64,000 bases of DNA from Candidatus Promineifilaceae bacterium (GCA_041748655.1 JBGTCV010000089.1:7987-71986), one strand, 5' to 3'; counted from the first letter of the stretch, positions 17,748 through 28,080 are shown. The notes: a model not told the origin generated them from the sequence alone. Program-made: numbers and translations.

Positions 17748-19832
17748 ATGATCAAATTCAAAAAACGATTCAAAGACTCCCCCGGACAAGCCCTGGTCGA
17801 ATTCGCCCTCATTATCTCTGTCCTCCTGGCGATGATCTTTTTGATTATTGAAAGCGCCCGCATTTTGTGGGCCTGGAACACCGTGCAAAACGCCGCCCGA
17901 GAAGGCGCGCGCTACGCCATCACCGGGCAGGCCGAAGGGCCAGATTGTCCCGTTGATTTTGGTCAGCCCAAATTTGTAGATGGTGGGCGTGATGTTTGTA
18001 CCAATTTACGGGTTGCTTCCATCATTAACAGAACCCACACCAGCCTGTCTGGCTTACCCTTAAACGAAGAGTCCGTTACGTTTGAAGATGGTCAATATTA
18101 CAATATTGAAATTTGGGGCGTGGATGAGTTTGGGCAGTTGCAATACGATTTTGGCGGCATCCCCAGCAATCCGGTTATTGTGCGCGTCACCTATCGGGTG
18201 CCCATCATCACCCCGTTCTTTTCAGCTATTTTGCCTTCTATTCCCGTATTCGGGCAGGAAACCTTGAACAATGAAACGTTTGGCCAGTTGGGTGGCGCCA
18301 GCAGCAGCGAAGGGGCCGCCCTGCCGCCAAACCTGCCACCGGTACCCACGCCGGGCGTTACCCCTTCGCCCACGCCTACCCCCCTCCCAACCGACACGCC
18401 AACGCCGGGGCCAACCGAGACCGCCTCCAGCACGCCAACCTTTACCCCAACCCCGCGCTGTGATCTGGAGTTTGAAGGAGGAGCCATTGCCGGGAATAAC
18501 TTTGTTTTTGTGACGGGTGATGTAGGCATTAACGTGACCATTATTAACCTTTCCACCGGGCAAACCCTGGGCTCGGGCACGCTGGGTGGACCGTTTAATG
18601 GACATGCCTGCGCAGGTTTTAGCGCCATCATTTTAAATCCGGCACTGACGGTGGCCAATCTGGGCCATGTGTTGGTAGCGCAGCAAACAGACGATAGCAC
18701 CAACAACGACACAACGATTGTCGTGGGCACGCCGCCAACGGCTACTCCGTCGCCTACACAAACCCTGGTGCCCACCAGCACCCCCAGCCCCACGCCGCCG
18801 CCAACGCTCACGCCCACGCCCAGCGGCCCATATATCACCATTGCGCCCAACTGTGGGCCGGGGCCCAACATTCAATTTATCTTGCAGGCATACAACTGGC
18901 CTGTTAATCAGTCGGTCACTTTTTTCTGGGAAGGTGTTTCCCAGGCGACCTATCAGGCAAACGCGCACACCGGCACGTTTACGCTGGGCTGGTCCTTCTC
19001 TGGGCTTGGCAATGGCACTTATACGGCCAGCGCCCGGTCTGGCGTCAATGGGGCAACCGCCTCGGCGCTTTATACCGTCCCCTGCGCAGGGCAGCCCACG
19101 CCGACAGGGGCGCCAACAAACACACCGGTTCCTGCTGATCTGGTAGCCATTGGCCCCCCCACCCTGCTGAGCACCCCCCCCATTGTGGCCTACCAGCCGG
19201 TGCAGTTCTCCGTCAACATCACCAATACGGGTGACATCGCCGTAAATAACCAATTCTTTGTCGATATTTATCTGGATCCCACCACCATTCTGGCGGATCG
19301 CATTCCGCTGACGGAGAGTGATGGTTATTCGGCCGTGAGTGGCCTGCCCGGTGGCGAAAGCCGAACGGTCATCATCAACGCCCCGTTTGGCTTTGAGAAC
19401 AGCCCAACCAACCATCAGGTGTATGGCATGGTTGATTCGGTTTTGCAGATTCAGGAAGTGAGCGAAACAAACAACGTCACCAATCCGCGCACGGTGTTGA
19501 ACGTTACCCCGGCAGCGACACCCACACCCACACCCACGCCAAACATCGTTGGGGATAGTGAGATTAGCGGAGTGGTATTCGCACTTAGAGGGACTTACCT
19601 AAGACAATTCCGAGCCGATGTTTTCTTAACTGACGAAAGCACTTCCCAAATAGTAAGTAGAACAACTACAGATGAAAATGGTTTCTACATTTTTGATACC
19701 GTTCCGGTCGGAACATACACCGTGCACGCCTGCATAGTGATTGACAATTCACAATATTTTGGCCTTCGTACTGGTCGAACACCGCCTAATCCGTATGTAG
19801 ATATTTTTGCTGCACCAGGAGCTTGCCCTTAA
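17748..19832 (+). CDS. Giant TadE-like (Flp pilus assembly pseudopilin-like) protein with Pro/Thr linkers, a CARDB-like domain and a C-terminal carboxypeptidase-regulatory-like domain
   Basis: N-terminal GQALVEFALIISVLLAMIFLIIESARILWAWNTVQNAAREGARYAITG is the TadE signature. PT-rich linkers. VAYQPVQFSVNITNTGDIAVNNQFFVDIYLD resembles CARDB. C-terminal FLTDESTSQIVSRTTTDENGFYIFDTVPVGTYTVHA. Confidence 0.7.
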   Translation: MIKFKKRFKDSPGQALVEFALIISVLLAMIFLIIESARILWAWNTVQNAAREGARYAITGQAEGPDCPVDFGQPKFVDGGRDVCTNLRVASIINRTHTSLSGLPLNEESVTFEDGQYYNIEIWGVDEFGQLQYDFGGIPSNPVIVRVTYRVPIITPFFSAILPSIPVFGQETLNNETFGQLGGASSSEGAALPPNLPPVPTPGVTPSPTPTPLPTDTPTPGPTETASSTPTFTPTPRCDLEFEGGAIAGNNFVFVTGDVGINVTIINLSTGQTLGSGTLGGPFNGHACAGFSAIILNPALTVANLGHVLVAQQTDDSTNNDTTIVVGTPPTATPSPTQTLVPTSTPSPTPPPTLTPTPSGPYITIAPNCGPGPNIQFILQAYNWPVNQSVTFFWEGVSQATYQANAHTGTFTLGWSFSGLGNGTYTASARSGVNGATASALYTVPCAGQPTPTGAPTNTPVPADLVAIGPPTLLSTPPIVAYQPVQFSVNITNTGDIAVNNQFFVDIYLDPTTILADRIPLTESDGYSAVSGLPGGESRTVIINAPFGFENSPTNHQVYGMVDSVLQIQEVSETNNVTNPRTVLNVTPAATPTPTPTPNIVGDSEISGVVFALRGTYLRQFRADVFLTDESTSQIVSRTTTDENGFYIFDTVPVGTYTVHACIVIDNSQYFGLRTGRTPPNPYVDIFAAPGACP

Positions 19833-21176
19833 ATGAAAAAGAGAGTGGTCTATTTAACTTTTGCATTTGCATTACTAATGGTTTTCAGCCAAATAAATAT
19901 CGGTACGGCCGTTGCTGAACCGGATGCCCCCTTGGCCCCTTCTGCGGCGCCAAACTGGAATAATTTGGGAGTGATCTCCCAAAGCAGCGGTATTACATCT
20001 GCTATTACCCCGGCTATTGCTGCTTCCAGTACTGGAAGCAAGGTGATTGTTGTTTACAACGGGGTTATTAATAACAATCTAGATAATCAAGATGTGTTCT
20101 ATACAACTTCGACTAATTACGGCGCAACCTGGCCAACAAAAGCTCGCATACATCAAAGCATCGGAGACCAATTAAATTCCACCTTTGTAGATGTGACAAT
20201 TAGCCCGAATAATAAAGGACATGCTGTTTGGATCGAAAAACTTAACAGCATTCCCAGGCTTGCATACAAATATGAAGACAACTGGGGCAATAACACCACA
20301 AATCTGGTGATAATTTCTTCAGTGCCATCATTAACAGACACATTATCAGAACCTAAAATTGTCGCCAAAAGCAATAATCGGCTCGACGTTGTTTGGGCAG
20401 AAGGCACAGCTGCGACAGACATCAATATTTTTCATGCTTACTCCACTAATGGTGGTAGCAGCTTCACTGGTAAAACGGCCGTTGCCCAAACAATCCCTTC
20501 CTCCAGATCGCCGAGTATAGCAATTGACGCTGCAGGAAATTACCACCTTGTCTGGGAAGAATTAACCAACCCCTCCAGGATTTTATATTCTCGTGGGGTA
20601 CCATCTGGCAATAGCGTCATCTGGTCTGTTCCACCGATAAACATTTCAGTCAGGAGTATTCCAGGCAATACCACGGCCGCAAGGCAACCCAAAATATATG
20701 CCGACGGGAACGTCCTGCATGTAACATACGCTAATTTTATCAACAAGCAGCAGCAATTTGTTCACCATTTACAGTGCAATTCAGGCTGTACCAATGCAGC
20801 AAATTGGGTGTCGGTGGGTAATCCGATCTCTGGACAAGTTCTTTCAGCAAAAGCATCAGATCCATTTGACCTTATTTCTACCATTGGCCAGATTGGAAGA
20901 TGCACCTATGTTTATTTCCACGGCATCCAGGGTGACAGCAGTAATGAAAATAACCGGGAAAGAATTTGGGGCACAAATAGCTGTGGCAACTGGGCAGCCA
21001 GCGTACGTGATCACGTGACGACAGCGGACGTACGCTCGATCAATCCGGCAATGGTTTCGGCAAATAATTGGTGGCTGTTTATGGCTTATGAACAAGTAAA
21101 TACCAATGCAAGTCTGCGAGAAATTTATTTTGTGCGCAACCAACCGGCTATTTATTTGCCGACAATATTAAAGTAA
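19833..21176 (+). CDS. Secreted BNR/Asp-box repeat protein (sialidase-like beta-propeller)
   Basis: Signal peptide followed by Asp-box-like repeats TSTNYGATW, YSTNGGSSF and further S-x-x-G-x-x-W motifs. Confidence 0.5.
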   Translation: MKKRVVYLTFAFALLMVFSQINIGTAVAEPDAPLAPSAAPNWNNLGVISQSSGITSAITPAIAASSTGSKVIVVYNGVINNNLDNQDVFYTTSTNYGATWPTKARIHQSIGDQLNSTFVDVTISPNNKGHAVWIEKLNSIPRLAYKYEDNWGNNTTNLVIISSVPSLTDTLSEPKIVAKSNNRLDVVWAEGTAATDINIFHAYSTNGGSSFTGKTAVAQTIPSSRSPSIAIDAAGNYHLVWEELTNPSRILYSRGVPSGNSVIWSVPPINISVRSIPGNTTAARQPKIYADGNVLHVTYANFINKQQQFVHHLQCNSGCTNAANWVSVGNPISGQVLSAKASDPFDLISTIGQIGRCTYVYFHGIQGDSSNENNRERIWGTNSCGNWAASVRDHVTTADVRSINPAMVSANNWWLFMAYEQVNTNASLREIYFVRNQPAIYLPTILK

Positions 21177-21182
21177 TCAACC

Positions 21183-21860
21183 ATGAATCGATTAGAGTGG
21201 ATTTTAGGCATTATTTTGGTGGTTTTACTACTGGTGGTAGGGGCGCTGTCGCTGACCTTCTGGTTCCGCAATGACCGCACGGCCGTTTCCTCCCCCAACA
21301 CCGCCGCCAATTCTGCCACCATCATCGCCCAGCGCGCCGACGACATCGCCCCTACGCCGGAATACGACGGCCGTTCCGCCATTGTCGCCTACGCTGCTGC
21401 TCAAAACCGGGCACTGGAGTGGCAGCCAGACGCCCAGCTGCTCAACACCCAGGCCACCTGGCCCCAGGGAGCTACCGCCGACTATTTGCGCCAGGGCACA
21501 GAAAGCTGGGGCTTTACCTTTTACTCGCCCGCTGCCGGGCGCATCGCCCTCTTTTCGGTGGTGGCAGACCAGGTTTCCCTGATCACCGAAGGGGACCACA
21601 CCCAAACCGAGCCGCTCCTTTCGGCCAGCGGCTGGAATCTGGACAGCCACGAAGCGGTTCGTGTTTTCCTGGCGGGTGGTGGCAGTACGTTTATGGCCGA
21701 ACAGGGAGTCACAACCATGACAATGGCTTTATTGGCGAGTGATGGGGAGGAAAACGGCCGTCTCGAATGGCAGCTCGCTCTCTTTTCACTCCAAACCGGA
21801 CAGGCCTTCACCATGCGGCTAGATGCCACTTCCGGTGAAATCCTCTCCACCAACCCGTAA
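21183..21860 (+). CDS. Membrane-anchored hypothetical protein (single N-terminal TM, extracytoplasmic domain)
   Basis: LGIILVVLLLVVGALSLTFWF TM helix. No recognizable family. Confidence 0.4.
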   Translation: MNRLEWILGIILVVLLLVVGALSLTFWFRNDRTAVSSPNTAANSATIIAQRADDIAPTPEYDGRSAIVAYAAAQNRALEWQPDAQLLNTQATWPQGATADYLRQGTESWGFTFYSPAAGRIALFSVVADQVSLITEGDHTQTEPLLSASGWNLDSHEAVRVFLAGGGSTFMAEQGVTTMTMALLASDGEENGRLEWQLALFSLQTGQAFTMRLDATSGEILSTNP

Positions 21861-21915
21861 TCGTCAGGCTTATCGTAAATCTAAAATCGTAAATCGTAAA
21901 TTCAGAGGCAAAACA

Positions 21916-23178
21916 ATGAAACAGCAACAAACAACCCCAAAACAGTCTCAACGCGGCCAAAGTCTGGTCGAAGTCGCCCTCTTTTTCCCCATCTTTATCC
22001 TGTTACTGGCGGGGCTGGTCGAGGTTTCCCAGCTGCTGGTCACCCAAAACCGGGTCAGCAGCGCCGCCCGCGCCGCTACCCGCTTCGCCTCCAATGGTGG
22101 GCAGGATGAAGGGATTCCCACCTCCGTCCTCAACACCGTTACCCAGACGCTGGAAATTGACGAAAATGTTTGGGATATCTGGAGCATCCGGGCTACTGTC
22201 AATGCCAACGGCTCAGATTTTGTACAGTGGCAGTTTACCCACGTCTATGGCGTCTCCAACACGGTTCGTGCCCCATCGGTAAGTGAGCAAGCGATTCGCA
22301 CCCGCGTACTGGAAGAACTCCAGCGGGATGAACTTGATAACCCGTCAAATACCATCGCACAAAATCTGCAGATCGTGGGCACCTACGCCATTCATGACGT
22401 CGATTCCATCCTGGGATTGGATGCCATGTCCCAACTGGCTGGCTTCTCTTCTATCAACGCCCTCAGCGTCATGCGCATTACCACCAATACCCAGAATGTC
22501 ACCAATGGCTGTTCCGCCTTTCCTATTGCGGTTGAAGAAGGTGCACGTTCTGTCACTAATCCTTTGCTTGGCGGTTCAAATCCATACCCAAGCAATTTCT
22601 CCTATCCGCCCAATCCTCCAGTTTATAATTCCTTTGCTAATCACCGGGACGATACACCACTGCTGCACGCACGAGAAGGGGATGTTTTCCGAATTTGGAA
22701 TGGCGCGGGCAGCGGCAACTTTGGCTGGTTGGTCTGGAATACCGGGGTCTCGGCCAATGCAAACACCCTGGCCAACAGCCTGTCGTGGCCGGGGGACAGT
22801 ACCAATTACAACCCCTGCAGCGGTCCCGGCTGCCCTGGGGGCCAAGGCATCCCTGGTTCCGGATTTGATACAAACGTGCCCGGCTATATTGAACCCGACG
22901 ACCCCACTGATCAGTCCCTGCACATAAATGATTGGGTGGCAGGCAGTACGGGAACTGTAAGTTCCAACGACGTAAATACCATCCTTAAAGGGCATATAGA
23001 CCGGGGGCGGACCCTACGGGTGATTGTTTGGAAGGCACCGGCCACCGGCACCGGCAGCAACGTCCGGTATCAAATCTCGGGCTTCGCTATCGTTCGTCTG
23101 ATTGGTTACCATCTTCAACAAGATTGGATTCTGGCCGAGTTCATCCGCTGGGACGACTCCTGCGGCCAGCTAAATTAA
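21916..23178 (+). CDS. TadE-like pseudopilin-like protein with a large C-terminal extracellular domain
   Basis: From the internal Met: MKQQQTTPKQSQRGQSLVEVALFFPIFILLLAGLVEVSQLLVTQNRVSSAARAATRFAS is TadE-like. The longer upstream ORF extension overlaps the previous gene. Confidence 0.65.
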   Translation: MKQQQTTPKQSQRGQSLVEVALFFPIFILLLAGLVEVSQLLVTQNRVSSAARAATRFASNGGQDEGIPTSVLNTVTQTLEIDENVWDIWSIRATVNANGSDFVQWQFTHVYGVSNTVRAPSVSEQAIRTRVLEELQRDELDNPSNTIAQNLQIVGTYAIHDVDSILGLDAMSQLAGFSSINALSVMRITTNTQNVTNGCSAFPIAVEEGARSVTNPLLGGSNPYPSNFSYPPNPPVYNSFANHRDDTPLLHAREGDVFRIWNGAGSGNFGWLVWNTGVSANANTLANSLSWPGDSTNYNPCSGPGCPGGQGIPGSGFDTNVPGYIEPDDPTDQSLHINDWVAGSTGTVSSNDVNTILKGHIDRGRTLRVIVWKAPATGTGSNVRYQISGFAIVRLIGYHLQQDWILAEFIRWDDSCGQLN

Positions 23179-23297
23179 CGAATCACGACGCCTTTCGTGC
23201 CACGCGCGGCGTGGTACGAAAGGCCAAGATGCTCTGCATCATATAACAGATATTAATCGAACCAAAAATCGTCGGATGATCAAACAGGGTTAAGCAT

Positions 23298-25223
23298 ATG
23301 AACCGTATCAAACAGTTTATCCAACAAAAACAGCAGGCCAATGACCAGGAAAAAGGGCAAAGCATCGTTCTCATCGCCCTGATGATGGTGGCCATCATCG
23401 CCTTCGTCGGCATTGCCGTCGATGTCGGCTTCATCTTCGCCCGTGGCTCCCAGCTTCAGGCCGCCATCGACTCGGCTGCGTTGGCGGGTGTCGTCGAACT
23501 CCCTGGCTGGAGCGAAGGTAATGCAGGCAATCCAGCTCTGGAAGGAAACGCCCGCACCAGATCGGCCCAATTCCTCAACGCCAACAACATGCCTGTTTCG
23601 GTCACCGCCTCCATCAACATCCCTAACAACATCGATGTCTCCACCACGCCGCTGGGCGCTACCCAATACGCCGTCACCGCTACCTGGCCTGTGGAAACCT
23701 ACTTTCTTAAAGTGATCGGCTTCCGCGAACCGATCAACCTGACCCGCTCCGCTACCGCCGCCATTTTCTCGCTGGCCGATATTTACGCCAGCCGCCGGGT
23801 GGAAGATGGCGTCCTCAGCACCTCCAACCAGGGCATCTTTGGCCCCGCCTCCTGCACCCACATGGGCGACCCGTTCTCCCCCATCATCAGCGCCTGGGAA
23901 CCCGGCCCCTATACCTACACTTACCGTATCTACATTCCGCCCAACTACAGCCACAATGTGGTGCGTGTGGAGCTGTTCGACCCAGACTCGATCAATACAG
24001 CTCTCAACACAGCCACCATTAACCGCTCCTTCACAGCAATCAACAATGGATTGGGCGCAATTGATTCCAAAACGTGCGGCACGCATGGCGGCAACGCAAG
24101 CCAGCATCAGCCCTGCCTGCTGCGTACCGATGAACTTACTTTAGTCAATAATGCACCAAATCTGGATTTAGACCAGGTGAACCCCTACTGGTTTGTTCGC
24201 ATTGATGAAAACCGTCGGCCGCCTACTACCCCGGGAGGCGGCTGTGGCGAAAATGGCTACAGGGTAGAAAACAACACCCAAACCCGCTACAGCCTCTCTT
24301 ACTTCGCCCAAACGCCAGGAAGTTCACCTGTAAAGATCCCCCTCGTCAGCTACTTCGGCCAGACTGGTGATGCACGCGACACGGTCATGTATGGCGGCTC
24401 TCCTGGAGACCATCTAACCGATTTACGCTGGGTTTCGCCGGGAACGGCCGTTCCCTTCTCCACCGTCGATGATCCCGGCGTGGCCGTACCCGCCACGCCC
24501 CAAACCATTAGCAGCTTTGAAGTCAACCTCACCACCGACGTGCCCAACATGGTGGTAGACCAAAATACCGGCGCGCGGTATATCTACCTGGACGTACAGG
24601 CGATGAGCGGCTCTTCGGAAAATGGCTTTGAAGTGTGGGCCGGCCCCCCCACTTACGTCAATACCGTCCCCAGCGACGTCAACGCCCGCAACCTGCACAT
24701 TCTCAACAACCCGGGTGCCCACTCGTCCCAAGGCGTCACCGTTTACGGCCTGGGCAACCTGCCCATGAACTCCAACTTTGGCGAGATCGTTGATGTACCG
24801 CTGCTTTACGTCGGCCCCGATATGATTGGCCAATCTATCCAGGTGAGTATGTTCGATACAGATTCTGGGGCGGCTCCTCCTCTCGTCTTTTACTTCGACT
24901 CGCTTGCCTTTACCCCCAGCACCACCAATCCGCTGGGCTATAATCCTGCCCTAACCGACTGGGCCCGTTCTTTTCACGTGAGTGGGCAGCCAGACCCAGA
25001 AGGCCAAACCTTCCCCTGCGTGCTAGGCAGTTGTGATAATCGCTGGGTCAATTACACAATTACCGTTCCAGGTAATACTGACAACTGCGATTACAACAAT
25101 CAAACCATGGCCGACTGTACCCCCTTCTTTGGTGGTCGTCTTATCGCCCGCTACCGTGCCGGTTTCTCAGACACCTACGGCTGGCAAATCAGGCTCGAGG
25201 GGCTGCCCTATTTGGTGAAATAA
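23298..25223 (+). CDS. TadG-like (putative Flp pilus-assembly TadE/G-like, PF13400-type) protein with a large C-terminal domain
   Basis: N-terminal QEKGQSIVLIALMMVAIIAFVGIAVDVGFIFARGSQLQAAIDSAALAG. 641 aa. Confidence 0.65.
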   Translation: MNRIKQFIQQKQQANDQEKGQSIVLIALMMVAIIAFVGIAVDVGFIFARGSQLQAAIDSAALAGVVELPGWSEGNAGNPALEGNARTRSAQFLNANNMPVSVTASINIPNNIDVSTTPLGATQYAVTATWPVETYFLKVIGFREPINLTRSATAAIFSLADIYASRRVEDGVLSTSNQGIFGPASCTHMGDPFSPIISAWEPGPYTYTYRIYIPPNYSHNVVRVELFDPDSINTALNTATINRSFTAINNGLGAIDSKTCGTHGGNASQHQPCLLRTDELTLVNNAPNLDLDQVNPYWFVRIDENRRPPTTPGGGCGENGYRVENNTQTRYSLSYFAQTPGSSPVKIPLVSYFGQTGDARDTVMYGGSPGDHLTDLRWVSPGTAVPFSTVDDPGVAVPATPQTISSFEVNLTTDVPNMVVDQNTGARYIYLDVQAMSGSSENGFEVWAGPPTYVNTVPSDVNARNLHILNNPGAHSSQGVTVYGLGNLPMNSNFGEIVDVPLLYVGPDMIGQSIQVSMFDTDSGAAPPLVFYFDSLAFTPSTTNPLGYNPALTDWARSFHVSGQPDPEGQTFPCVLGSCDNRWVNYTITVPGNTDNCDYNNQTMADCTPFFGGRLIARYRAGFSDTYGWQIRLEGLPYLVK

Positions 25224-25407
25224 CCCACCAGCAGGAATACCAATGTCTTAAAGACATTGGTATTCCTTTGTAGTACACTGTTTTTTATTTGTACTGGAAT
25301 TTACTCAGGTGCAAGGCACTGGCCTCGGGAGTTTCAATTGGTTGGAACCGTTTGGCCAGTGCCTCGCACCACTCTTACTGGAATTTAATGAATCAAAAGG
25401 CATCTCA

Positions 25408-26838
25408 ATGAAATCAACTCACCAACGCACCCACAACCAACCCGCAGAAGCGGGGCAGGGCTTTGTAGAATATGCACTCATTCTCATTCTTGTCGGCCTG
25501 GCCGTGGTGCTCGTCGTCAGCCTGATGCAGCCAGCCATTGGGGATGTTTTTTCGCGCTTTGTGGCCCAGGCACCGGTGGCTCCCCCCTCGCTGCTGAACT
25601 ACACGCCGCCGCCAACCTTTACCAGCACGCCCACCGTAGATCCGCTGGCATCGCCTACGCCCATTCCGTCAATCACCCTGGTACCCAGCCAGACGCCCAC
25701 GGCCACCACCACCTCTGCGCCCAGCAGCACGCCAACCGCCACCTCAACCGCTACGGCCACGGCCACGGTGCCCTGTGCCTACCCGGCGCACACGCTGCCG
25801 GCCAACGGCATGGTGCGCGTAGAGATGGAAAACTTCCGCTGCGGCGGCCCTGGGGTGGCCTTCTTTGACAACGACGGCGGCCCGGGCAGCAGCCCCTACC
25901 GCACCGACGTCGGCAAAGACGGACCCGACCTGGAAACCACATCCGACACCGGCGGCGGTTACAATGTGGGCTGGGTGAGCGACGGGGAGTGGCTGGAGTA
26001 TCAGGTTAATGCCCCGCAAACGCTGGGCTACACCTTTCTAATTCGCCACGCTTCCAACCAAAACACCAACCCGCGCATTCGCATTACCGTCTCGCAGGGC
26101 CAGCTGCAGTACAATTCCGTTATTTATACGCTGGGACCCACCAACGGCTGGCAAGATTGGAAAAGTACCATGATCGGCCCGATTACGCTGTTTGCCGGCA
26201 GCAACACCGTGCGCATTACCATGGAAACCGGCTCGGGCAACTACAATTATTTTGAAGTTCACACGTACGTACCCACGGCCACACCCACACCGGTAACGCC
26301 AACGCCGACATCAACCAGCACGCCAACGGCCACCAACACGCCGACGGCAACACCCAGCTTACAGCTGTACCTTGAAGCTGAATCAGGAAACGGCCTTACT
26401 GGCTCGTGGTTTACAGCTAATAGTAGTTCTGCTTCAGGTGGTAAATATATCTATTGGGGAGGCAGCACTAACACGAGTACTACTCCGCCGACTAACCAGG
26501 TGACCTATTCATTTAACGCACCAAGCGCGGGCTTGTACCGGGTTTATCTTCGGGTAAATAATTCAGGCAGCGCCAATCGTGATTCAGTTTGGGTCAGGAT
26601 TGATGGCGCAACGGTTAACCAATCACAAAATATTACCCGTTCTGATGGGTGGGTAAATTTCAACAATATGGTCCTGGCAAACTCCTTTAACTGGAGACAG
26701 GTTCACAATGGTGACAGCGGTAATGCGTTGGTCCAGTTCTATCTACCGGCTGGATCCCACACGTTACGCTTTGCCTATCGAGAGGCACAGACCTGGATTG
26801 ACCGAATATTCATAACAAACACGAGTAGTTTGCCTTAG
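25408..26838 (+). CDS. Flp-type pilin-like N-terminus fused to two CBM-like (CBM6/35-like) beta-sandwich domains through PT-rich linkers
   Basis: AEAGQGFVEYALILILVGLAVVLVVS matches the Flp prepilin G/xxxxEY processing motif. Two ~130-aa modules (GMVRVEMENF...WLEYQVNAP...; LYLEAESGNGL...YRVYLRV...) resemble carbohydrate-binding modules. Confidence 0.55.
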   Translation: MKSTHQRTHNQPAEAGQGFVEYALILILVGLAVVLVVSLMQPAIGDVFSRFVAQAPVAPPSLLNYTPPPTFTSTPTVDPLASPTPIPSITLVPSQTPTATTTSAPSSTPTATSTATATATVPCAYPAHTLPANGMVRVEMENFRCGGPGVAFFDNDGGPGSSPYRTDVGKDGPDLETTSDTGGGYNVGWVSDGEWLEYQVNAPQTLGYTFLIRHASNQNTNPRIRITVSQGQLQYNSVIYTLGPTNGWQDWKSTMIGPITLFAGSNTVRITMETGSGNYNYFEVHTYVPTATPTPVTPTPTSTSTPTATNTPTATPSLQLYLEAESGNGLTGSWFTANSSSASGGKYIYWGGSTNTSTTPPTNQVTYSFNAPSAGLYRVYLRVNNSGSANRDSVWVRIDGATVNQSQNITRSDGWVNFNNMVLANSFNWRQVHNGDSGNALVQFYLPAGSHTLRFAYREAQTWIDRIFITNTSSLP

Positions 26839-26860
26839 GGGCGTCTAAAATTTACAGGCT

Positions 26861-26895
26861 GAGATTGGGCCAATCTTAAAGATTGGCCCAATCTG
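26861..26895. repeat. Perfect palindrome AGATTGGGCCAATCT-TAA-AGATTGGCCCAATCT (family C); likely a bidirectional terminator between convergent genes
   Basis: A 15-bp arm inverted repeat; the same motif recurs at 28081-28195. Confidence 0.6.
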
Positions 26896-26948
26896 AAAAT
26901 GCGCGTATAGATTGCGTCAGCTTCTCAAGCTGGCGCTTTTTTTTGTTT

Positions 26949-28040
26949 TCAGGTGTAGTTTTCGCCGGCCAGAAAACCTTCGAGCATGGTGCAGACGGTG
27001 TTGATGGCTTCGTGGCGGGCTTCGTAGCGACGGCCGTTTACACTCAATGTCACATGCACCAGCCGGGCCAGCCGCAGCGCGTCCAGGTGGTGAATAACGG
27101 TGGGCGGGCGCAGCCGCAGGCGGCGGGCCAGTTCGGCGGGCGTCAGCGGCTCCTCAGACAGGTAGCGCAAAATGCGCAGCCGGGTAGGGTCGGCCAACGC
27201 TTTAAGCATCTGGTAGAGCAGCTCCGGCACCACTTCACCCGGCACCAGCGAAACGCCATCCGGGCGACCACCAAACATAAACAGCCACCGCTTCTTATCC
27301 TCAGAAAAAGGGACAAACATGGAAAGCGGCGTACTCCAAAAGGAAGGAATCATCACCAGTTCTGCCATCTCTTCGGTCTGGTCAAGCTCAAAGCGCAGCC
27401 CCTGCGACAGTTCGTTGAGCAAGTCGGCCAGGGGCAGCTGGTTTGCCAGTGCTTTAGCCTCGGCCACGCGAACCTGCAACGGCTCCAGGATGCGGGCTTC
27501 TTCTTCCTTAAAGAAGACATCGTAATAAATTTCCAGGGCATTGAGCATTTTTTGGCTGTATTCAGCAACATTGGCCCAGACATCAAGGATCGTCACCAGC
27601 TCATCGTCTGTTTTTTTCTTGCTTTTGCCGGTTTCTTCCTTATGGTGTTTGGTGTACAGGTCTCGCAGCGTCTCTTTATCTTTGGGCTGCCACAAACCGC
27701 TTTCGGCCACCCCAAACAGCAGCGCCTGTATGGGGTGGCTCATATGGCAGGTAGCCAGTTCCTGCAATCGTTGTTCGGCGGGAATGGCGGCCAGCTTTTG
27801 CAAGATGGCGGCGCTGTCTTTGGGGCCGCTCTGGCTGGCCAGCCAGGGAATGGCCCAAAAGTGATGCTTTTCGGTGGCATCTTGCAAAAATTCGCGCTGC
27901 TCCACCGGCAGGCGGGAACGAACGCCCGCTGCCCAGGAGCCTCTCAAACCATAGCGAGCCGGATCGTGTAACACGTTCAGGCTGGTAAAAAGATCATATG
28001 CTGTACCGATATCCCAGGTTAACTGCGGTGTTTTTGCCAT
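26949..28040 (-). CDS. ArsR-family HTH transcriptional regulator with a large N-terminal domain of unknown function
   Basis: C-terminal ADPTRLRILRYLSEEPLTPAELARRLRLRPPTVIHHLDALRLARLV is an ArsR HTH. Confidence 0.75.
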   Translation of the reverse strand: MAKTPQLTWDIGTAYDLFTSLNVLHDPARYGLRGSWAAGVRSRLPVEQREFLQDATEKHHFWAIPWLASQSGPKDSAAILQKLAAIPAEQRLQELATCHMSHPIQALLFGVAESGLWQPKDKETLRDLYTKHHKEETGKSKKKTDDELVTILDVWANVAEYSQKMLNALEIYYDVFFKEEEARILEPLQVRVAEAKALANQLPLADLLNELSQGLRFELDQTEEMAELVMIPSFWSTPLSMFVPFSEDKKRWLFMFGGRPDGVSLVPGEVVPELLYQMLKALADPTRLRILRYLSEEPLTPAELARRLRLRPPTVIHHLDALRLARLVHVTLSVNGRRYEARHEAINTVCTMLEGFLAGENYT

Positions 28041-28080
28041 TACAAATTTATTCCTGCGCTCTCTTCTTGTAAATTTTTCT

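Noticed and set aside
21823-21915. Upstream 31-codon extension of the TadE-like ORF
   Set aside because: It overlaps the 3' end of the preceding gene, and the TadE-like hydrophobic segment needs a short leader. The internal Met at 21916 is the more plausible start.
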